From Eledone cirrhosa (taxonomy: Eukaryota): a stretch of DNA of 64,000 bases. The translations under genes and the position numbers were made by a program. The notes under the pieces are model-generated. The model saw only the letters and a program-made list of their open reading frames with translations. It did no database searches and was not told the DNA's origin. The stretch is taken from the NCBI GenBank assembly GCA_964016885.1, contig OZ024758.1, forward strand, positions 8,246,001 through 8,310,000. The letters are read 5' to 3'. Shown here piece by piece: positions 25,591 to 38,436 of this stretch. The number at the start of each line of letters is the position of its first letter. Positions within the stretch are counted from its first letter, which is position 1.

Positions 25591-26730
25591 TACTGAACTT
25601 TGCTTAGCCTTAGACATTTTTGTAAAGTTAACCTATTTTTACTCTTTTGAAATACACATTGACAGTCCAATAGATGTTAAAAAATGTTCTAACATTTATA
25701 TCTTAGTGTTTGTGTGTGTAATGAAGGCAATTGGCTTAGTAGTTAGGGTGTTGGACTCATGATTGTAAGGTTGTGAGTTTGATTCTTAGACCCAAGCAGT
25801 ACATTGTGTTGCTGAACATTGGTTTTTGATGATACGACTGGGGTCCCTATCATTAAAATGCCCAAGAAACCTCCTTTGAGATGCTGTTTTGTAGGAGCCA
25901 TGATAAACTTGCATAGGTGTGAGGTGTATTTTTTTTATAAATGATCTTTCTCCCCCCCCCCCTCTCTCTCTCTCTCTCTCAGGATGTCCTGCTTGTTAGA
26001 TGTTAATTTTTAGTTTGTTATGGGTTTTATCTATGCTATTTATCTGAACTGATTAAAAAAAAGACAAATAATAATTGCTTATTTGGCAAAGAATTGAGTG
26101 AAAGCAATTTTCAGCTTAATCAACAACTTAATGAAGATGTATTTCCATTAATTAAAACTCTGCTTAATTTACTTCCGATTACTTAATTGTAAAATTGTGA
26201 TACAATGTTTACATTTATTTTTAGTCTCCTTATCTAGGTACTTACTCTGTGTAATTTTACTTAGCTTTGGAGCTAAATTTGTTGGACTAACAGACTCCTT
26301 TGCTACCATCTTTCTAATGAAAGATACTGCCTATGAAATGATATCATTATGAAAATAGTTCCGCTGAGGTTAACTTTGCCTTTCATCCTTACGAGGTCGA
26401 TAAAATAAAGTACCAGTAACACACTGGGGTTGATTTAATCAACTTTCCCCTCCCACAAAATGATTCCCTTGTGCCTAAATCAGAAACCAGACGCATAGAG
26501 TTACGGCCCTTGCCATTCTGAGTTCAAATCCCGCCGAGGTTAACTTTGCCTTGCATCCTTACGGGGTCGATAAAATAAAGTACCAGTAATGCACTGGGTA
26601 ATTGCTGGCCTTGTGCCAAAAAGTAGAAACAATTAACATTTTTGTGACCATATTTGAAATGAGATGAACTCTGTTTCGATTAATATTATATTTTTTATTA
26701 TACAAAGCATATAAATAAATTTACAGTAGA

Positions 26731-26890
26731 ATAACATAACAAATGTTTTAATATATACATAAATAACATAACAAATGTTTTAATATATACATAAATAACA
26801 TAACAAATGTTTTAATATATACATAAATAACATTACAAATGTTTTAATATATACATAAATAACATTATAAATGCTTAGATAACATTATAA
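26731..26890. repeat. 32-bp AT-rich tandem repeat, ~4.5 copies
   Basis: ATAACATAACAAATGTTTTAATATATACATAA at 26731, 26763, 26795... Confidence 0.92.
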
Positions 26891-27527
26891 ATTGCTTGCG
26901 ATTCTTTCAGCAGGATATATTCTTTTAATGTTACAATATTAAAGAAAATGTAAAGGAAGGGGGTGAACAACGGAGCCAACACCAGAGCAAAAGACAGCAA
27001 TGTCGCGAGGAGTACCGGGCAACCTCTCTAATGATTTTTTTAATGATTAATTAAGGAAGAATTTTCAGAATTTCTTAAAATTATTATTTCATTAAGATAA
27101 CTTAATACATAGTCATTATGTAAAATTATGTTGAAAGATTTTTACTTTAAATAGGGACCATTTAAAATATCAGGTATTATTTCATAGTACCTGAGCTTGT
27201 TTGGTAGGATTGGTATAAAAAACACTAAGCTGATGATTAAAACATAACTGAACAAATGTTCTTAGATAAAATGTTGTTGTTTTTTTTAATACATAATTAT
27301 AAACTATTTGGGATTGTAGAACCAGGAGTGGTTTCAGGCAGTTTACATCCTACAGTTTCCTTAATGTTTTTTTAAAAAAAGAAGAAAGATTAGATTGTAT
27401 TAGGAAAGTATTTCTAGAATACATGCATAACCAGATGCAAAGACACTTGACAGCAACTGGATATGATAACTTATCTACTTGAACAGTTCAACACTTAAAA
27501 TACTATAAAGGACTCTAAATTGAAGGA

Positions 27528-27631
27528 AGTGTTTAAAAGATTGGCTGTCTTTGACATAGATATTTGCCTATATATATATATATATATAGAGGCAAATATC
27601 TATGTCAAAGACGGCCAATCTTTCAAACACT
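27528..27631. repeat. 42-bp inverted repeat centred on (TA)n
   Basis: 27528-27569 / 27590-27631, two mismatches. Confidence 0.9.
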
Positions 27632-28173
27632 ATATATATATATAATCATCATCATCATCGTTTAACATCCATCTTCCATGCTAACATGGGTTGGATGGTT
27701 TTGTTCCACCTGAGGCGAGATTGGTCGGAAGACCATGCCTCGCTTGCACAGAACTGTCCCGGGCAGGTTTTATATCTATGGTTGGATGCCTTTCCGAACA
27801 CCAACCACATTTACATAAACATATATATAAGAGAGAGAGATATACAAAGGTATCAATGGAAAAACTTTACTTATTTCATTAAAAAAAAAAAAAACTATAT
27901 TCCCTTACCTATGTTTCAAAAGAAATATGACTTCCAATCATTCGAAATGCTAGTAAAATTTGTTATATTCATGTCTATAAATTTATATATATATGTGGCT
28001 ATATAATCATGTTCATTTTCCTCAGCCACTCTCCCACACTAATATCTCTTCTTCAAACCTTTATATATTATATAAACACATTCAGCTTTTCCTTTTCCTT
28101 AAAAACTGGCAATTACATACTACCATTATAAGTCTCTACTTTCCTTTGAGAATTGTTAATATAGTTCTACCTT

Positions 28174-28246
<73 letters not shown>

Positions 28247-28789
28247 CACATGAGTTGGGAAGAGTGATAGCTATGTATGTATAAACAGATAGGTGGTGAA
28301 TTGGTGCAGTTAGTAATTTGGATAGAATGCTTTGCAGTATTCCAGCTTCCTGAAAACCAAGTTTATATCCCGCCCAGGTCAACATCTGTTCTTTTACTAA
28401 TAATAATAATAATTGTTTCTACTTTTGGCACAAGGCCAGCAAATTACCCAGTATATTACTGGTACTTTATTTTGTCGACTCTGTAAGGATGAAAGGCAAA
28501 GTTGACCTCGGCGGGATTTGAACTCAGACTTTAAAGGGCCGTAACTCTATGCTGCGAAGCATGGCGTCCGACACTCTGCCGATACTGCCAATGATTTCTT
28601 ACATTGGTGCATAACTACATATGTGGGGGTGGAGGAGGGTATATACTGTCTCAGTGGTAGGTATGACACAGTGAAGGTCCTGGGTTCTATCTCTGTCGGG
28701 ATCTAGACTGAGGGTCTTACCTATTGTCCAACCCATGCAAGTGTGGGAAAACAGATGTAATGACGACGATGATGAATCAAACATAACTA

Positions 28790-28982
28790 CACACTTGAGG
28801 TGGAGGAGGGGTACATACTTGAGGCAGAGGATAGTACACACTTGAGGTGGAGGAGGGGTACATACTTGAGGTGGAGGAGGGGTACATACTTGAGGCGGAG
28901 GAGGGGTACATACTTGAGGCAGAGGATAGTACACACTTGAGGTGGAGGAGGGGTACATACCTGGTGTGGAGGAGGTATGTAC
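28790..28982. repeat. 23/24-bp G-rich minisatellite
   Basis: GAGGTGGAGGAGGGGTACATACTT alternating with GAGGCAGAGGATAGTACACACTT. Confidence 0.92.
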
Positions 28983-29796
28983 TCAATTGAATCAAACCCT
29001 AATCCGACTACTAACTTTATTAATGTAAGTAGGATAAAACTGAAGGTCAGCTACCCTGGGATTTGAACTGTGGACCTTAGAAGTGTAACTAAATACTACA
29101 ATTAATCCAACACACAAACAATAACAAGAATATAATAGCAATGATGATGATGATTACTCTTGAGATGGAGGATTGGCAGATTTGAGTGCAGGGCAAAATC
29201 CTTCCTTTATTGTATTTAGCTATAACTCTTTATACTGAGTTCAAAACACTGCCAAGGTCAACTTAGCCTTTCATCTAGAGTCAATAAAATAAAAAAACCA
29301 GTGAAGTACTTGTTTCAATATAATGTCACCCACCTCTCCCCCCAAAACAATTGCAGGCCTTGTGCCTTAATTAGAAACTGTTGTTGTTAATGAAACTACA
29401 ATAAGCAAAAGAAATGAAACTACAATAAGCAAAAGAAGTAAATAATGAGCTGTGTAATAACAACTAAAGTAACTATAACTACTGTCATATGTGTATTTAC
29501 TTTGTACAAGTTAAATTTAGAAATGTCCTGGCTTTCTCCTCCCTCTGAAATATAAGGTTAACAAATATCCCCTCCTATGTCAATAAACCCTTTCACTGTT
29601 TCTATTTGTTAGTGTTTTGTCATGGTAATTGTTTTGCCCTAACATTTCAATATTAATGCTCTCTAGAGCTTTCTCGACAAGCAGCCTAATAACTGGGAAC
29701 AATAGATACACTAGCTTTTGTTAGTTCATATTGATAGCTGCAGTAGTTGCTACCTGATCATCTACACTTGGCAGCCATTTTTTATGTCTCTTCACT

Positions 29797-30158
29797 TACT
29801 GTATATATATACTCAAATATAAGCCGGGGAATATGTGACCAAAAACTCAATGGTAGAAGTGGGGTTGGCTTATATTTGGGGGTCAATATTTTGATGATTT
29901 TCACCAGCTTCAAATTCTACATAAATAAGGTTTGGATTTTTCCCATTTCTCAGACAATAAATAGCGAGGTCGGCTTATATACTCAAATATAAGCCAAGGA
30001 ATATGTGACCAAAATATTGATGGTAGAAAGGGGTTGGCTTTATATTCTGAGTCAATATCTTCACCAACTTCAAATTCTATGTAAATAAGGTTTAGATTTT
30101 TTACCATTTCTCAGGCATAAAATAGTGGGGTCTGCTTATATTCAAGTATATACGGTCT
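29797..30158. mobile_element. Tc1/pogo-type MITE with internal duplication
   Basis: TACTGTATATATATACTCAAATATAAGC ... GCTTATATTCAAGTATATACGG; fragments at 43020-43217, 45025-45140, 49013-49160. Confidence 0.65.
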
Positions 30159-31271
30159 ATTTTAAGGACATGTTACAATATTTTGTTATCTCTCTAATAC
30201 ATTCCACATTTTCTTTAATAATTGTTTCTACATTTGGCACTAGGCCAGCAATTACTCAGTACATTACTGGTACTTTATTTTATCGACCCCGTAAGGATGA
30301 AAGGCAAAGTTAACCTCGGCGGGATTTGAACTCAGTCTGTAAAGGGACATAGCTATACTGGAAAGCATGGCGTCCAACTCTCTACCGATACTGCCAATCC
30401 ACAGTTTCTTTAATAATGGCCCAGATACGGGTTAGGTGCTTTAAACCATTAAACTAAGGAACTGTACTTAATGGTTTAAAGCACCTAGCCAGTATCTGAA
30501 AGAAATAGGGTTCAATTCCTCATTGTAGTTAATAGCAACTTCCTTTTCAGTCTTTTAAGGGTCTTCACCCTATTTTATAGCATATTGAACTATATTGATT
30601 GATTATAAAGAATAGTTATCTACTTAAGAATAATTTGGGAGTGATTTCTTATATTTTTCTAAGATGGATAAATGTTGAAGTGTCTAAAGTTTTTCTCGAG
30701 TCCAAAGGCTCACCAGGCCAGTGTTTATTCCGGTTTCCAAGACTCTCACCTGAACAGGGCGCCAGTCCATCACAAGGTTAACCCTCTCTCCCAGATATTG
30801 AGTACATTTTCACCTGAGTATACTGGCGGAATGCGAAATGAAGTATTTTGCTCAAGAACACAACACACAACCAAGTCCAGGAATCAAACCCATGATGTTA
30901 TGATCCCAAGTCCAACACACTTACCACTAGGCTACATCCCTCCATTTTTCATATGTTGGCTGGATTTTATTATAAAAATGTGAAATTAGTTTCAAATTGA
31001 AAAATTAAATTATTTTCATAAAATTTGAAACCCTCTCATTTCATTTATATTATCATTAGTGTCCAAATTTTCCAAGTTAACATCAGCAGAATAATTATTC
31101 AATGGAATAATTTCCTGTTAATAATAATTCAAATGAGAGCTGAGTTAAGAGTATTATCATTATTTACATGTTGTTACATGGCAGTATTGGTAGTGTCGGA
31201 CATCTTGCTTTGCAGCATTATGTCACTTTACATTGAGTTCAAATCTCACCGAAGTTAGCTTTGCTTTGCCT

Positions 31272-31483
31272 TTAACCTTTTAGCATTTAAACCAGCCATA
31301 TCTCTCACCTCTTTCTGTTTAAACCGGCTGTAACCAGCCGTTCATACTGATATTAAGGTATTGTGCTCAAAATAAATAAATATCAAAATCTCATAGATTT
31401 GATATTATGAGATATTTATGAGATGAAGTCTTTACCATGAAAATATAAAAGTATATATAGTCATGTAAATGTTTAGGGGTTAA
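31272..31483. mobile_element. piggyBac-type MITE nested in a SINE-A (31178-31595)
   Basis: TTAA at both ends; removing it restores SINE core TTTGCCTTTAATCCTT. Confidence 0.85.
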
Positions 31484-32280
31484 TCCTTAAGGGTTCAATA
31501 AAATAAAGTACCAGTAACGTACTGGGGTCAATTTAATCGACTTTCCCCTCCCCACAAAATTGTTGGCCTTGTGCCTAAATCAGAAAACAGTTATTTACAT
31601 TACTATTATTAGAGAAGTGAATAAATATATAAAATATTTAGATTTTGAACTATGCAAGTATTTAAAATGTCAACACTTTGGATAAATGTTTGTGGTAAAA
31701 TATAGTTTCATGCAGGATATGATTGCGTGCAGTAAATATGCAAGGTTATTTAACTCCCTGCTTGCATAGAAATCATCATCACCATCATCAACATCCATAT
31801 TTTTAGACGAGCTGTCCCATTGTGAGACAAGTCCGGTCAGATGACTGACTCCTGCTCATACAGAACTGTTTTTGACTTCATTTCTATGGCTAGATGCCCT
31901 TCCTAATGCCAACCACAGTGTAGACTGGGTGCTTTTCGTTGTAGCACTAAAACGACCACTGTACAGAATGGACTGGGTGTTTTTATTTATTTGTTTAAAT
32001 TTTTTTTTGTTGTGACACCACTGAAGAACAAGAAGACAAATTAGGAAGTAGTTAAACCAATTCTTCTATTTCATGTAAAATGAAACCAGATTAAAACACA
32101 TGCAGACCTAGTCTACCTCTCCGACTATGAAAAGTGAACATAAAATTGAATATAATGATAACTATATATCCGTTAGTATATATAGTTATCTATTTTGTTA
32201 GGTAGAAGTTGTCACAGTCAGCTCTATATTGTTTTATTCATTTTCTTCCACAGGATGTTAATGACTAAATCTATCTAACA

Positions 32281-32421
32281 ATGGATATTGAAGACTTGTC
32301 TCAGTTACCTGAACAGTACCTGAATGGTTGGGATCGACATCACAGCCTTTCTCTGGCAACTACAAAAGGTCTACGTAATCCACCTGGAGAAAATAACTGT
32401 TTCTTGAATAGTGCTGTACAG
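32281..32421 (+). CDS. USP54: USP53/54-like deubiquitinase, coding exon 1 (Cys box)
   Basis: [47 protein letters not shown]; acceptor CAG at 32251-32253, in-frame upstream TAA at 32266, donor GTAAGT at 32422. Confidence 0.93.
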
Positions 32422-32664
32422 GTAAGTTTCAATACTTTCATTTGATCTTTAATAGTGCTGTACAGGTACTTTCATTTGATCTTTAATAGTGCTGTACAGG
32501 TAAGTTTCAATACTTTCATTTGATCTTTAATAGTGCTGTACAGGTTTAAATACAGTCCTGTTCAGAATTCCACAGAACTGTAATATCAGATGAGCAGGGT
32601 TTCAGTGTTATTTCTGTTCATTTATTGTCTCTTTGCTCCACTATCTTTGTCACTTTTTGAATTT

Positions 32665-32734
<70 letters not shown>

Positions 32735-32964
32735 CGTTTCTGAATTTGTTTAGCAAGATTCTTTATCTGAAAACGTGTGTTGAAACCGATATTGTTATGC
32801 TTTGGGAGGGTCATGTTGCCAATAAGAAACACATGCACCAGTTGCTTTCACTTCAATTTATTATAAATTAAATTTAATCCATAAACGACCTTGAACAATT
32901 CAGGCTGTCATTCATTTCCCGAGCAACACCGGGTACATCTGCTAGTTATTTATATATATATATA

Positions 32965-34207
32965 TGTCCTTATGTAGTTGATGACCGTCAATGTCCAAAG
33001 ATTTCTTGAACTTTATGGGGTCAGTTTCTGTTTTAGTGTCGTGTTAAAGAGAGCGAGGCCAATTGAGGTGAAATAATTCTGCCGTGTTATGAAATGCGAG
33101 TTTGATTGTTGTTATGCGCTGATAGCACGGGGCCCAAGCCTTAGGTGTACCTTAAAGGTGATGCCAACATCATCTGGGCCATGCTGATGGAATATTTTCC
33201 ACATTATGCAGATAATGTAGCACTCGCTGCAAATTTGGAGAGACTAAAGGTTGAGCTTTTCTAGTCGACTCCAATAGTCAAGGCCTGTCATGCCATCTAT
33301 CTTTTTTGTAATTGACCTTTGAGGTGCTTCAACTTTCATGATACTTTGTTTTGTGTGGGAAGACCACAGTGGACAACAGTATTCAAGGTGGGTTCAGGCA
33401 AAAGTGGAGATGAGAAGGATAATGGTGTGGATATCTATCGACTGGAAAGTTCTGAGAATCCAGGAACACATTCTGCAGGCCATCTCAACTTTGCTGTTTA
33501 TATGAGTGGCCTGGCTTATGTTGTTGTCCACAATTACTCCCAAGTCTGTGATGTAGTTGGATACCACAAGAGTTTCACCTGAATGACGGGAGTATGGGAG
33601 TTTCAGTGCATCCTCTTTTCCAAAGTGGATTAACTCAAATTTATCCTCCATTCAGCAGCATATTGTTCTTTTTCACCCATTGGATAACAGCCAGTAGGTC
33701 AGATTGAAGGCAAGTCCAGTTACCCACCCCATTGATGACCTTCTGGAACTTGGAATCATCTGCAAAGATTCTTATGTTGCTGTGCTTGATGATGTCAGTA
33801 ATGTCATTAATGTAGATAATGAAGAGAAGTGGGCCCAACACACTGCCTTGTGGGACGCCACTACTGACTTTGGCTGGACTTGATTTTACTCCTTCGACTA
33901 CATGTTGGGCTCTGTCTGTCAGGAAACACTTGATCCGTCGCAGTAACTTTCCAGAGACACCAATGCTGGATAGCTTTTTCAATAGAATCTTATGATCAAC
34001 CCTGTCAAAGGCCTTGCTGAAATCAAGGTAGATGACATCAGTGTTGGAGCCCTCTCCCAAAGCTCTCAAGATGTCATCAAAGTGACGCAGGAGCTGCATT
34101 AGACGGTCCCTTCCATTACGGAACCCATCTTGGTTGGAGTTCAGCAGTCTGTTGCTTTCAAGAAAGTGGGTTAGTCATGATCTCACCACCCTCTCAAATA
34201 CCCTGAT
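32965..34207 (-). mobile_element. CR1-group LINE reverse transcriptase remnant, frameshifted
   Basis: DVIYLDFSKAFDRVDH, SGVPQGSVLGPLLFIIYIND, IFADDSK, DLGVIVD split over ORFs 33641-34099 and 33394-33651. Confidence 0.93.
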
Positions 34208-34209
34208 GA

Positions 34210-34533
34210 TATATATGTGTGTATGTATATGTATATATATATATATATATATATGTATATGTATATCCACCTATGTTACTAATTTTTTATATTGTTTTTG
34301 TAAAAAAACGATATCTTTTTCATATATATTTATATATATATATACACACACACACATATGTGTTTGTTTGTGTATGCGTATATATGTTTAACTATATATA
34401 TATATATATAGAATGTGTGTGTTTGTGTGTGTGTATATATGTTTAACTATATATATATGTTTCTTTGTGTGTGTGTATATATATGTTTAACTATATATAT
34501 GTTTGTGTGTGTATATATATGTATGATTAACTA

Positions 34534-34573
<40 letters not shown>

Positions 34574-34588
34574 TGTGTGTGTATATAT
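34210..34588. repeat. (TA)/(TG) compound microsatellite (continues 34936-35198)
   Basis: Direct read. Confidence 0.93.
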
Positions 34589-34934
34589 CATCATCATCAT
34601 CATCATTTCATTTTACGTCTACTTTTCCCTGCTTGCAAGGGTGGGACGGGAACTGATTCTGGCTTGATTTCTACAGCTGGATGCCCTTCCTAACACCAAC
34701 CTCATTTACAGTGAGTGCTGGGTGCTTTTTTGCCGTGGCACCTCCACGACCACTTTGCAGTGGAATGATAGGGACCCCAGTCCCTATCATCTCATTTCTA
34801 CAGCTGAGTAAACTGGAGCAATGTGAAATAAAGTGTCTTGCTCAAGGAAACAACACATCACCCGGTCTGAGAATTGAACTCACAACCTTTCGATTGCAAG
34901 GCCAATGCTCTAACCACTAAGCCATGTGCCTCCA
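34589..34934 (-). mobile_element. tRNA-derived SINE family B (V-domain-like core, (ATG)n tail), full length
   Basis: Head GGAGGCACATGGCTTAGTGGTTAGAGC..GTTCAATTC, core TCCTTGAGCAAGACACTTT; near-identical to 36983-37323. Confidence 0.9.
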
Positions 34935-34938
34935 CATG

Positions 34939-34970
<32 letters not shown>

Positions 34971-35090
34971 ATTAACTATATATGTATATATATATATATA
35001 TATATGTTTGTGTGTGTGTATATATATATATGTATGATTAACTATATATATATATGTTTGTGTGTATATATATATATGTATGATTAACTA

Positions 35091-35124
<34 letters not shown>

Positions 35125-35909
35125 TTTGTGTATGTGTGTGTATATATATATGTATATATGTTTGTGTATGCGTGTATATATATGCCTATACATATATATC
35201 CACTTCTCCCTGCTGACTCCAGCCTATAGAAAGAAAATAAAAGTGGCTGGTTTTTGATCAGACATGTCATTTAGAAACGGTTGACAACAGCAAGTAGATT
35301 TATGTTCACTTCCTCCATAATGAATGATGTCATTCAATAATTGTCCAGGAGTTTCTCTTTGAATTTCCTGCCCTGAAAAGAAGGGTTTCAGACATGTTCC
35401 AACATGAAATCTCTATGATATATAGTTTATCAAGGGGTTGTAAGCCCTACTCTACCCAGCATCTCCTTATGCTACCTTACAAAACACAGTAATCAGGCAG
35501 CCAAATGTTTTCTCTATTGCATATTATTACTGTATCACTTCCACCAGTTTTATTCCTCTTTGTTTGGTTCTATATTGATTTTTAGCCACTCACAATGCAT
35601 TAGTTTGTTTAGTTATTGATATATGGTAACTCCTGTGGGCTTTGTATGAATTTTTAAAGGGTTTGTGGCAATTAAATGGAAATATTACAGGTGATAGTTT
35701 CAATATGTTTGTTGGTTTAGATGTAACTAATCAGGTTATCTAATAAATATACACTCTATATCTGTATCTATGTATATATTTCCTGTGTGGAATTGTTTTT
35801 AAAAAATCTATCTAATTTTTCTTATCTCTTTCTGACTCTTTATTATCAAATCCTCTCCTCGTGTTGCTCATAGATGCTTGACTCTAGTGCTGAGAGAAAG
35901 AGGAATGTC

Positions 35910-35947
<38 letters not shown>

Positions 35948-36260
35948 ACATAGAAATGGCTTCTACAGGACTAGAACTGTTTCATTCGGAGGAAATCATA
36001 GTACCTTACTTACTGTAGTTACCCAAGATTGAACCCGGTATAAACTTATATATATTTATTGAAGTTTGGTGGTTCACCACTGGATAGAACTGATCATTCC
36101 GTATAGTTAACCATGATGTATTAGTAGAAAAAGCACTCTACGTTATTCAACTCATCCATCTATGATGTTGAATTCTGTTGGTGGTGCGGAAATGGAGTTA
36201 ATTATTATAGAATAAAATGACAGAAGGCCTGACTGGTGAATTTCCTTTCAAGTTTTATTG

Positions 36261-36343
36261 TTGCAAACACTATATATATATATATTTCAAGGGCCAGGTT
36301 ACATAGAATCCTGGCGACAGGACATCATTAGGTGTACATTGCA
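36261..36343 (-). ncRNA. Decayed type I hammerhead motif with (TA)n stem III
   Basis: Minus: TGCAA-tgt-ACAC-CTAATGA-...GCCAGG...CCTGGC-cctt-GAAA-(TA)7-GTGT-TTGCA; core G5>A. Confidence 0.55.
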
Positions 36344-36653
36344 TAATAGTAAACACAATCCTAGAGATTACAAGGAGAGAAAGCAGAGAGAAAAAGAATT
36401 TGACTTGAAGGTGATCTATAGGTTAGGTGTTGTTAGATCAACTGACTGCCTTTGACTGAATATGCTTGTCAATGTTGCCTTGTTGGTTTGGTATGTGGGT
36501 GCGAGCTTGTATGCATTCTATGGTTATTAATACTGCCTCCCACTAATTCTATTCAGACACCAGCTAGAGTTGTAAGGGGTAAAGAATTAAGTGTGGATGA
36601 CACTAGAAAAAGGTTATTTTATTCAATATATATATATATATACAGCCATACAC

Positions 36654-36743
36654 ATAGAAATGGCTTCTACAGGACTAAAACTGTTTCATAGGTACGATTT
36701 CATATGAACAAAATAGTTCTAGTCCTATAGAAGTCATTTCTAT
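36654..36743. mobile_element. Fold-back element, 33-bp arms (same family as 15055)
   Basis: ATAGAAATGGCTTCTACAGGACTAAAACTGTTT / AAATAGTTCTAGTCCTATAGAAGTCATTTCTAT. Confidence 0.75.
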
Positions 36744-36899
36744 ATATATATATGTATATAACAAAGATGCCTCTGTATAGAGCACTTTTGTAAAAGTGTT
36801 GTTAACCCTCCCTCCACACACACACACACACACACAACTAAGGAATATATATATATATGTATATATATGTATATATATGTATATATATATATATGTGTG

Positions 36900-36933
<34 letters not shown>

Positions 36934-36934
<1 letters not shown>

Positions 36935-37323
36935 GGAGGCACATGGCTTAGTGGTTAGAGCATTGGCCTTATTGGCCTTGCATGGAGGCACATGGCTTAG
37001 TGGTTAGAGCATTGGCCTTGCAATCGAAAGGTTGTGAGTTCAATTCTCAGACCGGGTGATGTGTTGTTTCCTTGAGCAAGACACTTTATTTCACATTGCT
37101 CCAGTTTACTCAGCTGTAGAAATGAGAAGATAGGGACTGGGATCCCTATCATTCCACTGCAAAGTGGTCGTGGAGGTGCCACGGCAAAAAAGCACCCAGC
37201 ACTCACTGTAAATGAGGTTGGTGTTAGGAAGGGCATCCAGCTGTAGAAATCAAGCCAGAATCAGTTCCCGTCCCACCCTTGCAAGCAGGGAAAAGCGGAC
37301 GTAAAATGAAATGAAATGATGAT
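36934..37323 (+). mobile_element. SINE-B, full length, with duplicated 5' head (36934-36982)
   Basis: Same sequence as 34589-34934, reverse complemented. Confidence 0.9.
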
Positions 37324-37344
37324 ATATGTATATATTTATATATA

Positions 37345-37680
37345 TATGATGGACTCTCCCGTCAATTCGACGTATGAAGGTTCAACAGTCTTTTCAGTCC
37401 ATTGTTTTATGTTTTTGCCTCAAATGGCACTTCAATCCAGCTGTTGATTTACACATCAATCCACATTTGGTGGAGGTGACAGGGTCTTGAACAGAGCAGG
37501 CTGGAATGCCTGACCGGACTCTGGGCTAAACAAGATTTCTCAAAAGTTCTTTATGCCTTCACGCAGACGGTTCTCCATCTTTTCTGGTTGGCAGTCATAG
37601 CTTCAAGCCAAGAAAGAGGTACGTTGGTGACTTGTAAGTAGAGAATTAATTTCTGAGCTTTGTGGGTTTTCAGTAAAAAT
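37345..37680 (-). mobile_element. RTE-clade LINE 3' fragment
   Basis: SWLEAMTANQKRWRTVCVKA*RTFE resembles W...A.DR..WR......FE of RTE C-termini. Confidence 0.55.
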
Positions 37681-38436
37681 AATTGGGGGCAAAGTGTTTT
37701 GTGGGTGAGTGTGGTGGTGTGGTTATTGGTGAGAGAGTGTAGGAGGTTGGTGAGTGTATCAAGGATGTGGGGGAGCTGAAGTGGTGGTGTAACAGTAGCT
37801 GTAGTGATTGAATACGACAATATCCCACCCTTGCAAGCAAGGAAAAGATGATGATGATGAACAGAATCCTTTTATATAGCACAAATCTTATGTCAGCCTC
37901 TGGGGCTTCATATAAATAAAGAAACAGTGAAAGTAATAGATACGGTTTAGCAGTGGTTATTATTGATGGAAGGCATTGTGAGTTTTTAATTTATAAAACC
38001 CTCCGTTGTTTTGGTTGAAACTGAACCGCCATGGGCTTTATTTCGTATAAGAGAGGATTTAAATTGTTTCATTGTGTCATTGTGATAGTCCCTTAAATGA
38101 AACTCGGCTAATTCTGTTGCAACATTTCCCACAGAGGTGTTAAACTTACGACGGTGTTCTCTTGGGAATATTATTACTTGTACATTTATATAGGACTGCT
38201 TAGCAAACTTTTCACTTCGTTTTTTTTTAGATTGTTTTTGATAATTAGTGTTAAAATTTTACTTTAATGTCTGGGTGGTTTACTTTATTTTGTAAATTTA
38301 CCTCAAAGGAATGAAATTTAATTGTACATATTACAGATTTAATGTACATATTGTAGATATTTAAAATAATTCTCAGCTATGAAAATGTTCATGGTGTTGG
38401 ATTTACCAGACATCTAGTATAATTGCTTTTTTTTTT

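Noticed and set aside
28599-28995. Pro-rich repeat protein (PPPQVCT)n; likewise (PTLPQLY)n at 43379-43657
   Set aside because: Translations of minisatellites.
33394-34099. Active or domesticated reverse transcriptase
   Set aside because: 5'-truncated and frameshifted.
36983-37055. tRNA genes at box A/B motifs
   Set aside because: They are SINE heads that continue into core and tail sequence and lack a complete cloverleaf.
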